A stretch of 64,000 bases of DNA, taken from NCBI GenBank assembly GCA_002269645.1, contig NIVC01000419.1, positions 186,001-250,000 on the forward strand. The letters are read 5' to 3'. Each line of letters starts with the position of its first letter. Within the stretch, counting starts at the first letter, position 1. Below the pieces are notes generated by a model. It saw only the letters and a program-made list of their open reading frames with translations. It searched no databases and was not told the DNA's origin. The DNA comes from Macrostomum lignano (lineage: Eukaryota). Shown piece after piece: positions 36,801-49,366 of the stretch. Made by a program: the position numbers and the translations under genes.

Positions 36801-39800
36801 AATTCCACCTCCTATCTGTGAGGCTCTTCAACAGACTCGATCAGTTGCGTCAGTGCAGTCTGTAGGTTAGCTGGACCTCCTAAACTTGAATTCCACCTCC
36901 TATCTGTGAGGCTCTTCAACAGACTGGATCAGTTGCGTCAGTGCAGTCTGTAGGTTAGCTGGACCACCTGGACTTGAATTCCACCTCCCATCTGTGAGGC
37001 TCTTCAACAGACTCGATCAGTTGCGTCAGTGCAGTCTGTAGGTTAGCTGGACCTCCTAAACTTGAATTCCACCCCATCTGTGAAGCTCTAAAACAGACTG
37101 GCTCTTTGGCGTCAGTACAGTCTGTAGGTTAGCTGGACCAGTTCAATTAGAATAGGATAAGCCAAATCTGAACACTTTTGCAGCAAGCTTACCACAGTAG
37201 ATTCAATCTCGTCCTATGACTGAACTGCGATGAGGCAACACGTCTGTCTACCGGACTGACCAGCGTCTCAGGTGCCTCAGCCGACTTCTTAGAAGTGTCC
37301 AGACGTGAGGTGTCAGCCTATAGTCGACTTAATGGCTCTTGGTCTTAAAGTCTTGGTCGATATCTTGCTGGAGTTGCTTGCGTCACTCGTCTGCATCAAA
37401 GCTGACTTGCCGTCTCCAGACTGGGCCTGTCAAATTTGGCATTTATACGAGAATTAAGGATTGACAGTTTACAACTGATAATCTACTGAGACTTTGAAAC
37501 AGACTGGCATATTGGTGTCAGTACAGTCTGTAGGTTAGCTGGACCACCTAAACTTGAATTCCACCTCCTATCTGTGAGGCTCTTCAACAGACTGGCTCAG
37601 TTGCGTCAGTGCAGTCTGTAGGTTAGCTGGACCACCTAAACTTGAATTCCACCTCCTATCTGTGAGGCTCTTCAACAGACTGGCTCAGTTGCGTCAGTAC
37701 AGTCTGTAGGTTAGCTGGACCTCCTAAACTTGAATTCCACCCCATCTGTGAAGCTCTAAAACAGACTGGCTCTGTGGCGTCAGTACAGTTTCTAGGTTAG
37801 CTGGACCAGTTCAATTAGAATAGGATAAGCCAAATCTGAACACTTTTGCAGCAAGCTTACCACAGTAGATTCAATCTCGTCCTATGACTGAACTGCGATG
37901 AGGCAACACGTCTGTCTACCGGACTGACCAGCGTCTCAGGTGCCTCAGCCGACTTCTTAGAAGTGTCCAGACGTGAGGTGTCAGCCTATAGTCGACTTAA
38001 TGGCTCTTGGCCTTTAAAGTCTTGGTCGATATCTTGCTGGAGTTGCTTGCGTCACTCGTCTGCATCAAAGCTGACTTGCCGTCTCCAGACTGGGCCTGTC
38101 AAATTTGGCATTTATACGAGAATTAAGGATTGACAGTTTACAACTGATATTCTACTGAGACTTTGAAACAGACTGGCATAGTGGTGTCAGTACAGTCTGT
38201 AGGTTAGCTGGACCTCCTGGACTTGAATTCCACCTCCTATCTGTGAGGCTCTTCAACAGACTGGATCAGTTGCGTCAGTGCAGTCTGTAGGTTAGCTGGA
38301 CCTCCTAAACTTGAATTCCACCTCCTATCTGTGAGGCTCTTCAACAGACTGGATCAGTTGCGTCAGTGCAGTCTGTAGGTTAGCTGGACCACCTGGACTT
38401 GAATTCCACCTCCCATCTGTGAGGCTCTTCAACAGACTCGATCAGTTGCGTCAGTGCAGTCTGTAGGTTAGCTGGACCTCCTAAACTTGAATTCCACCCC
38501 ATCTGTGAAGCTCTAAAACAGACTGGCTCTGTGGCGTCAGTACAGTCTGTAGGTTAGCTGGACCAGTTCAATTAGAATAGGATAAGCCAAATCTGAACAC
38601 TTTTGCAGCAAGCTTACCACAGTAGATTCAATCTCGTCCTATGACTGAACTGCGATGAGGCAACACGTCTGTCTACCGGACTGACCAGCGTCTCAGGTGC
38701 CTCAGCCGACTTCTTAGAAGTGTCCAGACGTGAGGTGTCAGCCTATAGTCGACTTAATGGCTCTTGGTCTTAAAGTCTTGGTCGATATCTTGCTGGAGTT
38801 GCTTGCGTCACTCGTCTGCATCAAAGCTGACTTGCCGTCTCCAGACTGGGCCTGTCAAATTTGGCATTTATACGAGAATTAAGGATTGACAGTTTACAAC
38901 TGATATTCTACTGAGACTTTGAAACAGACTGGCATATTGGTGTCAGTACAGTCTGTAGGTTAGCTGGACCACCTAAACTTGAATTCCACCTCCTATCTGT
39001 GAGGCTCTTCAACAGACTGGCTCAGTTGCGTCAGTGCAGTCTGTAGGTTAGCTGGACCACCTAAACTTGAATTCCACCTCCTATCTGTGAGGCTCTTCAA
39101 CAGACTGGCTCAGTTGCGTCAGTACAGTCTGTAGGTTAGCTGGACCTCCTAAACTTGAATTCCACCCCATCTGTGAAGCTCTAAAACAGACTGGCTCTGT
39201 GGCGTCAGTACAGTTTCTAGGTTAGCTGGACCAGTTCAATTAGAATAGGATAAGCCAAATCTGAACACTTTTGCAGCAAGCTTACCACAGTAGATTCAAT
39301 CTCGTCCTATGACTGAACTGCGATGAGGCAACACGTCTGTCTACCGGACTGACCAGCGTCTCAGGTGCCTCAGCCGACTTCTTAGAAGTGTCCAGACGTG
39401 AGGTGTCAGCCTATAGTCGACTTAATGGCTCTTGGCCTTTAAAGTCTTGGTCGATATCTTGCTGGAGTTGCTTGCGTCACTCGTCTGCATCAAAGCTGAC
39501 TTGCCGTCTCCAGACTGGGCCTGTCAAATTTGGCATTTATACGAGAATTAAGGATTGACAGTTTACAACTGATATTCTACTGAGACTTTGAAACAGACTG
39601 GCATAGTGGTGTCAGTACAGTCTGTAGGTTAGCTGGACCTCCTGGACTTGAATTCCACCTCCTATCTGTGAGGCTCTTCAACAGACTCGATCAGTTGCGT
39701 CAGTGCAGTCTGTAGGTTAGCTGGACCTCCTAAACTTGAATTCCACCTCCTATCTGTGAGGCTCTTCAACAGACTGGATCAGTTGCGTCAGTGCAGTCTG

Positions 39801-42800
39801 TAGGTTAGCTGGACCACCTGGACTTGAATTCCACCTCCCATCTGTGAGGCTCTTCAACAGACTCGATCAGTTGCGTCAGTGCAGTCTGTAGGTTAGCTGG
39901 ACCTCCTAAACTTGAATTCCACCCCATCTGTGAAGCTCTAAAACAGACTGGCTCTTTGGCGTCAGTACAGTCTGTAGGTTAGCTGGACCAGTTCAATTAG
40001 AATAGGATAAGCCAAATCTGAACACTTTTGCAGCAAGCTTACCACAGTAGACTCAATCTCGTCCTATGACTGAACTGCGATGAGGCAACACGTCTGTCTA
40101 CCGGACTGACCAGCGTCTCAGGTGCCTCAGCCGACTTCTTAGAAGTGTCCAGACGTGAGGTGTCAGCCTATAGTCGACTTAATGGCTCTTGGTCTTAAAG
40201 TCTTGGTCGATATCTTGCTGGAGTTGCTTGCGTCACTCGTCTGCATCAAAGCTGACTTGCCGTCTCCAGACTGGGCCTGTCAAATTTGGCATTTATACGA
40301 GAATTAAGGATTGACAGTTTACAACTGATAATCTACTGAGACTTTGAAACAGACTGGCATATTGGTGTCAGTACAGTCTGTAGGTTAGCTGGACCACCTA
40401 AACTTGAATTCCACCTCCTATCTGTGAGGCTCTTCAACAGACTGGCTCAGTTGCGTCAGTGCAGTCTGTAGGTTAGCTGGACCACCTAAACTTGAATTCC
40501 ACCTCCTATCTGTGAGGCTCTTCAACAGACTGGCTCAGTTGCGTCAGTACAGTCTGTAGGTTAGCTGGACCTCCTAAACTTGAATTCCACCCCATCTGTG
40601 AAGCTCTAAAACAGACTGGCTCTGTGGCGTCAGTACAGTTTCTAGGTTAGCTGGACCAGTTCAATTAGAATAGGATAAGCCAAATCTGAACACTTTTGCA
40701 GCAAGCTTACCACAGTAGATTCAATCTCGTCCTATGACTGAACTGCGATGAGGCAACACGTCTGTCTACCGGACTGACCAGCGTCTCAGGTGCCTCAGCC
40801 GACTTCTTAGAAGTGTCCAGACGTGAGGTGTCAGCCTATAGTCGACTTAATGGCTCTTGGTCTTAAAGTCTTGGTCGATATCTTGCTGGAGTTGCTTGCG
40901 TCACTCGTCTGCATCAAAGCTGACTTGCCGTCTCCAGACTGGGCCTGTCAAATTTGGCATTTATACGAGAATTAAGGATTGACAGTTTACAACTGATATT
41001 CTACTGAGACTTTGAAACAGACTGGCATAGTGGTGTCAGTACAGTCTGTAGGTTAGCTGGACCTCCTGGACTTGAATTCCACCTCCTATCTGTGAGGCTC
41101 TTCAACAGACTCGATCAGTTGCGTCAGTGCAGTCTGTAGGTTAGCTGGACCTCCTAAACTTGAATTCCACCTCCTATCTGTGAGGCTCTTCAACAGACTG
41201 GATCAGTTGCGTCAGTGCAGTCTGTAGGTTAGCTGGACCACCTGGACTTGAATTCCACCTCCCATCTGTGAGGCTCTTCAACAGACTCGATCAGTTGCGT
41301 CAGTGCAGTCTGTAGGTTAGCTGGACCTCCTAAACTTGAATTCCACCCCATCTGTGAAGCTCTAAAACAGACTGGCTCTGTGGCGTCAGTACAGTCTGTA
41401 GGTTAGCTGGACCAGTTCAATTAGAATAGGATAAGCCAAATCTGAACACTTTTGCAGCAAGCTTACCACAGTAGATTCAATCTCGTCCTATGACTGAACT
41501 GCGATGAGGCAACACGTCTGTCTACCGGACTGACCAGCGTCTCAGGTGCCTCAGCCGACTTCTTAGAAGTGTCCAGACGTGAGGTGTCAGCCTATAGTCG
41601 ACTTAATGGCTCTTGGTCTTAAAGTCTTGGTCGATATCTTGCTGGAGTTGCTTGCGTCACTCGTCTGCATCAAAGCTGACTTGCCGTCTCCAGACTGGGC
41701 CTGTCAAATTTGGCATTTATACGAGAATTAAGGATTGACAGTTTACAACTGATATTCTACTGAGACTTTGAAACAGACTGGCATATTGGTGTCAGTACAG
41801 TCTGTAGGTTAGCTGGACCACCTAAACTTGAATTCCACCTCCTATCTGTGAGGCTCTTCAACAGACTGGCTCAGTTGCGTCAGTGCAGTCTGTAGGTTAG
41901 CTGGACCACCTAAACTTGAATTCCACCTCCTATCTGTGAGGCTCTTCAACAGACTGGCTCAGTTGCGTCAGTACAGTCTGTAGGTTAGCTGGACCTCCTA
42001 AACTTGAATTCCACCCCATCTGTGAAGCTCTAAAACAGACTGGCTCTGTGGCGTCAGTACAGTTTCTAGGTTAGCTGGACCAGTTCAATTAGAATAGGAT
42101 AAGCCAAATCTGAACACTTTTGCAGCAAGCTTACCACAGTAGATTCAATCTCGTCCTATGACTGAACTGCGATGAGGCAACACGTCTGTCCACCGGACTG
42201 ACCAGCGTCTCAGGTGCCTCAGCCGACTTCTTAGAAGTGTCCAGACGTGAGGTGTCAGCCTATAGTCGACTTAATGGCTCTTGGCCTTTAAAGTCTTGGT
42301 CGATATCTTGCTGGAGTTGCTTGCGTCACTCGTCTGCATCAAAGCTGACTTGCCGTCTCCAGACTGGGCCTGTCAAATTTGGCATTTATACGAGAATTAA
42401 GGATTGACAGTTTACAACTGATATTCTACTGAGACTTTGAAACAGACTGGCATATTGGTGTCAGTACAGTCTGTAGGTTAGCTGGACCACCTAAACTTGA
42501 ATTCCACCTCCTATCTGTGAGGCTCTTCAACAGACTCGATCAGTTGCGTCAGTGCAGTCTGTAGGTTAGCTGGACCTCCTAAACTTGAATTCCACCTCCT
42601 ATCTGTGAGGCTCTTAAACAGACTGGCTCAGTTGCGTCAGTGCAGTCTGTAGGTTAGCTGGACCTCCTAAACTTGAATTCCACCTCCTATCTGTGAGGCT
42701 CTTCAACAGACTGGCTCAGTTGCGTCAGTGCAGTCTGTAGGTTAGCTGGACCTCCTAAACTTGAATTCCACCCCATCTGTGAAGCTCTAAAACAGACTGG

Positions 42801-45800
42801 CTCTGTGGCGTCAGTACAGTCTGTAGGTTAGCTGGACCAGTTCAATTAGAATAGGATAAGCCAAATCTGAACACTTTTGCAGCAAGCTTACCACAGTAGA
42901 TTCAATCTCGTCCTATGACTGAACTGCGATGAGGCAACACGTCTGTCCACCGGACTGACCAGCGTCTCAGGTGCCTCAGCCGACTTCTTAGAAGTGTCCA
43001 GACGTGAGGTGTCAGCCTATAGTCGACTTAATGGCTCTTGGCCTTTAAAGTCTTGGTCGATATCTTGCTGGAGTTGCTTGCGTCACTCGTCTGCATCAAA
43101 GCTGACTTGCCGTCTCCAGACTGGGCCTGTCAAATTTGGCATTTATACGAGAATTAAGGATTGACAGTTTACAACTGATATTCTACTGAGACTTTGAAAC
43201 AGACTGGCATAGTGGTGTCAGTACAGTCTGTAGGTTAGCTGGACCTCCTGGACTTGAATTCCACCTCCTATCTGTGAGGCTCTTCAACAGACTCGATCAG
43301 TTGCGTCAGTGCAGTCTGTAGGTTAGCTGGACCTCCTAAACTTGAATTCCACCTCCTATCTGTGAGGCTCTTCAACAGACTGGATCAGTTGCGTCAGTGC
43401 AGTCTGTAGGTTAGCTGGACCACCTGGACTTGAATTCCACCTCCCATCTGTGAGGCTCTTCAACAGACTCGATCAGTTGCGTCAGTGCAGTCTGTAGGTT
43501 AGCTGGACCTCCTAAACTTGAATTCCACCCCATCTGTGAAGCTCTAAAACAGACTGGCTCTGTGGCGTCAGTACAGTCTGTAGGTTAGCTGGACCAGTTC
43601 AATTAGAATAGGATAAGCCAAATCTGAACACTTTTGCAGCAAGCTTACCACAGTAGATTCAATCTCGTCCTATGACTGAACTGCGATGAGGCAACACGTC
43701 TGTCTACCGGACTGACCAGCGTCTCAGGTGCCTCAGCCGACTTCTTAGAAGTGTCCAGACGTGAGGTGTCAGCCTATAGTCGACTTAATGGCTCTTGGTC
43801 TTAAAGTCTTGGTCGATATCTTGCTGGAGTTGCTTGCGTCACTCGTCTGCATCAAAGCTGACTTGCCGTCTCCAGACTGGGCCTGTCAAATTTGGCATTT
43901 ATACGAGAATTAAGGATTGACAGTTTACAACTGATATTCTACTGAGACTTTGAAACAGACTGGCATATTGGTGTCAGTACAGTCTGTAGGTTAGCTGGAC
44001 CACCTAAACTTGAATTCCACCTCCTATCTGTGAGGCTCTTCAACAGACTGGCTCAGTTGCGTCAGTGCAGTCTGTAGGTTAGCTGGACCACCTAAACTTG
44101 AATTCCACCTCCTATCTGTGAGGCTCTTCAACAGACTGGCTCAGTTGCGTCAGTACAGTCTGTAGGTTAGCTGGACCTCCTAAACTTGAATTCCACCCCA
44201 TCTGTGAAGCTCTAAAACAGACTGGCTCTGTGGCGTCAGTACAGTTTCTAGGTTAGCTGGACCAGTTCAATTAGAATAGGATAAGCCAAATCTGAACACT
44301 TTTGCAGCAAGCTTACCACAGTAGATTCAATCTCGTCCTATGACTGAACTGCGATGAGGCAACACGTCTGTCCACCGGACTGACCAGCGTCTCAGGTGCC
44401 TCAGCCGACTTCTTAGAAGTGTCCAGACGTGAGGTGTCAGCCTATAGTCGACTTAATGGCTCTTGGCCTTTAAAGTCTTGGTCGATATCTTGCTGGAGTT
44501 GCTTGCGTCACTCGTCTGCATCAAAGCTGACTTGCCGTCTCCAGACTGGGCCTGTCAAATTTGGCATTTATACGAGAATTAAGGATTGACAGTTTACAAC
44601 TGATATTCTACTGAGACTTTGAAACAGACTGGCATATTGGTGTCAGTACAGTCTGTAGGTTAGCTGGACCACCTAAACTTGAATTCCACCTCCTATCTGT
44701 GAGGCTCTTCAACAGACTCGATCAGTTGCGTCAGTGCAGTCTGTAGGTTAGCTGGACCTCCTAAACTTGAATTCCACCTCCTATCTGTGAGGCTCTTCAA
44801 CAGACTGGCTCAGTTGCGTCAGTGCAGTCTGTAGGTTAGCTGGACCACCTAAACTTGAATTCCACCTCCTATCTGTGAGGCTCTTCAACAGACTGGCTCA
44901 GTTGCGTCAGTACAGTCTGTAGGTTAGCTGGACCTCCTAAACTTGAATTCCACCCCATCTGTGAAGCTCTAAAACAGACTGGCTCTGTGGCGTCAGTACA
45001 GTTTCTAGGTTAGCTGGACCAGTTCAATTAGAATAGGATAAGCCAAATCTGAACACTTTTGCAGCAAGCTTACCACAGTAGATTCAATCTCGTCCTATGA
45101 CTGAACTGCGATGAGGCAACACGTCTGTCTACCGGACTGACCAGCGTCTCAGGTGCCTCAGCCGACTTCTTAGAAGTGTCCAGACGTGAGGTGTCAGCCT
45201 ATAGTCGACTTAATGGCTCTTGGCCTTTAAAGTCTTGGTCGATATCTTGCTGGAGTTGCTTGCGTCACTCGTCTGCATCAAAGCTGACTTGCCGTCTCCA
45301 GACTGGGCCTGTCAAATTTGGCATTTATACGAGAATTAAGGATTGACAGTTTACAACTGATATTCTACTGAGACTTTGAAACAGACTGGCATATTGGTGT
45401 CAGTACAGTCTGTAGGTTAGCTGGACCACCTAAACTTGAATTCCACCTCCTATCTGTGAGGCTCTTCAACAGACTCGATCAGTTGCGTCAGTGCAGTCTG
45501 TAGGTTAGCTGGACCTCCTAAACTTGAATTCCACCTCCTATCTGTAAGGCTCTTAAACAGACTGGCTCAGTTGCGTCAGTGCAGTCTGTAGGTTAGCTGG
45601 ACCTCCTAAACTTGAATTCCACCTCCTATCTGTGAGGCTCTTCAACAGACTGGCTCAGTTGCGTCAGTGCAGTCTGTAGGTTAGCTGGACCTCCTAAACT
45701 TGAATTCCACCCCATCTGTGAAGCTCTAAAACAGACTGGCTCTGTGGCGTCAGTACAGTCTGTAGGTTAGCTGGACCAGTTCAATTAGAATAGGATAAGC

Positions 45801-48649
45801 CAAATCTGAACACTTTTGCAGCAAGCTTACCACAGTAGATTCAATCTCGTCCTATGACTGAACTGCGATGAGGCAACACGTCTGTCCACCGGACTGACCA
45901 GCGTCTCAGGTGCCTCAGCCGACTTCTTAGAAGTGTCCAGACGTGAGGTGTCAGCCTATAGTCGACTTAATGGCTCTTGGCCTTTAAAGTCTTGGTCGAT
46001 ATCTTGCTGGAGTTGCTTGCGTCACTCGTCTGCATCAAAGCTGACTTGCCGTCTCCAGACTGGGCCTGTCAAATTTGGCATTTATACGAGAATTAAGGAT
46101 TGACAGTTTACAACTGATATTCTACTGAGACTTTGAAACAGACTGGCATATTGGTGTCAGTACAGTCTGTAGGTTAGCTGGACCACCTAAACTTGAATTC
46201 CACCTCCTATCTGTGAGGCTCTTCAACAGACTCGATCAGTTGCGTCAGTGCAGTCTGTAGGTTAGCTGGACCTCCTAAACTTGAATTCCACCTCCTATCT
46301 GTAAGGCTCTTAAACAGACTGGCTCAGTTGCGTCAGTGCAGTCTGTAGGTTAGCTGGACCTCCTAAACTTGAATTCCACCTCCTATCTGTGAGGCTCTTC
46401 AACAGACTGGCTCAGTTGCGTCAGTGCAGTCTGTAGGTTAGCTGGACCTCCTAAACTTGAATTCCACCCCATCTGTGAAGCTCTAAAACAGACTGGCTCT
46501 GTGGCGTCAGTACAGTCTGTAGGTTAGCTGGACCAGTTCAATTAGAATAGGATAAGCCAAATCTGAACACTTTTGCAGCAAGCTTACCACAGTAGATTCA
46601 ATCTCGTCCTATGACTGAACTGCGATGAGGCAACACGTCTGTCCACCGGACTGACCAGCGTCTCAGGTGCCTCAGCCGACTTCTTAGAAGTGTCCAGACG
46701 TGAGGTGTCAGCCTATAGTCGACTTAATGGCTCTTGGCCTTTAAAGTCTTGGTCGATATCTTGCTGGAGTTGCTTGCGTCACTCGTCTGCATCAAAGCTG
46801 ACTTGCCGTCTCCAGACTGGGCCTGTCAAATTTGGCATTTATACGAGAATTAAGGATTGACAGTTTACAACTGATATTCTACTGAGACTTTGAAACAGAC
46901 TGGCATATTGGTGTCAGTACAGTCTGTAGGTTAGCTGGACCACCTAAACTTGAATTCCACCTCCTATCTGTGAGGCTCTTCAACAGACTGGATCAGTTGC
47001 GTCAGTGCAGTCTGTAGGTTAGCTGGACCTCCTAAACTTGAATTCCACCTCCCATCTGTAAGGCTCTTAAACAGACTGGCTCAGTTGCGTCAGTGCAGTC
47101 TGTAGGTTAGCTGGACCAGCTTAAGTTGTATGTGCACCGATTTGCTTACCTGCTAGATTTTGCTTTCTGGTCTGGCAGGAAAACTTATTTCTGAAATTTC
47201 GATTGAGTAGGTTCTTACTGAGGCTCTTTACTAAAGTTAATCATTTTTTCATCCTAAAAAACACTTCGTTTTGGTACTTACTGCAATTTCAATGCAATTT
47301 TTCAAGAACGTCGTCGAAAACATTTTTCACTGGCTCCCAAGTATTGTTAGATCTAAAAGTCGTGTGTTGTTTTATTAGCTACGTAGTAATCCAAAGGCTT
47401 GGTTTTACTAGAGAATTAGAACGCGAGGAAGTCAATCTTTTAAATTGAATCTTTTCATTTTATGCTTACCTTAGGTATCCAGTCCACTTGATGTAACATC
47501 TGTTACTGTTGCACCTCTCCGGGACTCTGTGTTATTGGGATATCTCCTGCGAGACATTCGTGTCTTCTCGTGTATTGACTATTGACAGTTCAGTTGAATG
47601 TTTCAGTCTATCCGAGAAATTAGGTGGTCCATGTAAGCCTGTTTTAGCTAGACCAAAGGTTTTCACTTTTATAGCTCTGCCCCTCTCTGACTCGTTTAGT
47701 CGACGGACTGTCTGTCCCTTGGACTGCTCCTATTGGCTGGCATTCCCAGTAGGGGTGGTCCGATTTTTACCACCTCTCCGAAATCAGTCCTTAACCAATG
47801 CAGCTCTAGTCTGTGTGACTGTGTTGTGCGCTTCGAGTTTCGTTTACATGGACCTCAACAGACGATTTGATGTGCGTGCAACTGTGTTTAGTGGGACCCA
47901 GGTTAAACTAAAATAAAAAATATCAGACCTTCGCTTTGAGCTTGGTTTGGTGCTTCCCCACCCCTAAACAGGGCTCTGAGAGCAGAACCTTCTTCTCAAG
48001 GCCGAAACTCTCCACCAGGATTATTTCTTATTGTGGTTCGACACTTTTATAAATATCAAATATCAAAAGGAATCTAAAAGAAGGAAAGTCGATAGGCCTA
48101 TAGGATACAATATCCATTTAAACTACTATCAGCAGCTAACGTGATAAAGGAACCGTCATTCGAATATTTTTCGGGCACAAAACCTTGGGAAGGCTTTGAA
48201 GAAAGCTCAACAAAGCCGTGTGTGCCTAATTTAAGATCACGGAAATTAAATATATTACTTTTTTGGCGTAAAAGATGTTGTAAAAAGGTTAATTGCCAAC
48301 AGACTGAAACAGACTGAAACAGACTGAAACAGACTGCAACAGACAAATTCAGAAATTTTCATTGACAATTTTTGTTTAGCTGGACCTTTCAGACCCGGTT
48401 TAGGTGGACATCGCAAAAAGTCCATGTAAACTGAAATGCATTTTTTTCTGAACATGAATGCCGATGAATGTTGCGCTTTGCGGCACTCATTCCTGACATC
48501 CATTGCTCTGTTTTGTGGTCCTTATAAACCACTCAACGTTGTCTGGAGCAAAAATATTCGGTGGTCCACCTACGCTGTCCACCTAAACCGAAAGGTCCAG
48601 CTAATGCGGCAACTGAACCGACGAAAGGTCCAAGTAAACACACAGACAG
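33885..48649 (+). mobile_element. Copy A of an unclassified non-autonomous TIR element (14.8 kb, satellite-expanded)
   Basis: Left end CTGTCTGTGTGTTTAGCGGGACC and right end GGTCCAAGTAAACACACAGACAG match at 20/23. A second matched block GCATTAG(G/C)TGGACC lies further in. Full-length homology to the inverted copy B. No transposase ORF. Confidence 0.7.
34696..47117 (+). repeat. Hierarchical satellite: 17 full and 1 partial units of 580/669/756 bp, each with 3-5 copies of an 88-bp subunit motif
   Basis: Unit starts (GGAGTTGCTTGCGTC) at 34696, 35365, 35945, 36614, 37370, 38039, 38795, 39464, 40220, 40888, 41644, 42313, 43070, 43826, 44495, 45252, 46009, 46766. Confidence 0.95.
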
Positions 48650-48651
48650 TA

Positions 48652-48775
48652 ACACACACAGGCACTAAGACAGACACTAAGACAGACACTAAGACAGACA
48701 CTAAGACAGACACTAAGACAGACAGACAGACAGACAGACACACAGACACTAAGACAGACACTAAGACAGACACTA

Positions 48776-48824
<49 letters not shown>

Positions 48825-48847
48825 CACAGACACTAAGACAGACACTA

Positions 48848-48908
<61 letters not shown>

Positions 48909-48921
48909 GGCAGACAGACAG
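48652..48921 (+). repeat. Compound (ACAG)n / ACAGACACTAAG microsatellite (inner flank of A)
   Basis: Read directly. Same orientation and same variant units as the outer flank. Confidence 0.95.
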
Positions 48922-49366
48922 TGAGATTTTTCATTCGCTTACTTGACTTCAGGCGAGTGCCTGCTTAAAGCACACTGTTTCGTCAATATTTAATCATTTG
49001 CAGCCGGGTTTTAGCCTGCACGAGCGCACCTTTCCTTTTTGTCAGATTATTTCGTGTTTTGCTGCAGCGGCTGTCTTCTGGGAGCAGGTTGTCCAAAGAA
49101 AGGAAAAACGGCCAATTTTCCGTCTTTTTGCCTTTGAAATTTTCTCAGCATTTTTTCAGCAGGATTTCTTCGAAATCATTTAGCAGATTTGGACTGCTTT
49201 CCCAGCTGCGCTCCCGTCTTGAGCAGCGGTGGTTAAAAACCTACGGATTGAAATTAGCCGGGTATATTGCACTCACTATACAGGCCGTGCAAGGCAAAAC
49301 ATGCATCCAATTTATCCTCCTGTGAGGAAAAGATAACCACAAACTATATAGCTAACCTCGAATGTT

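Noticed and set aside
34696-47117. CRISPR-like repeat/spacer appearance of the large array
   Set aside because: Intervening segments are near-identical rather than unique spacers, units are 88-757 bp, there are no cas genes, and the context is eukaryotic.
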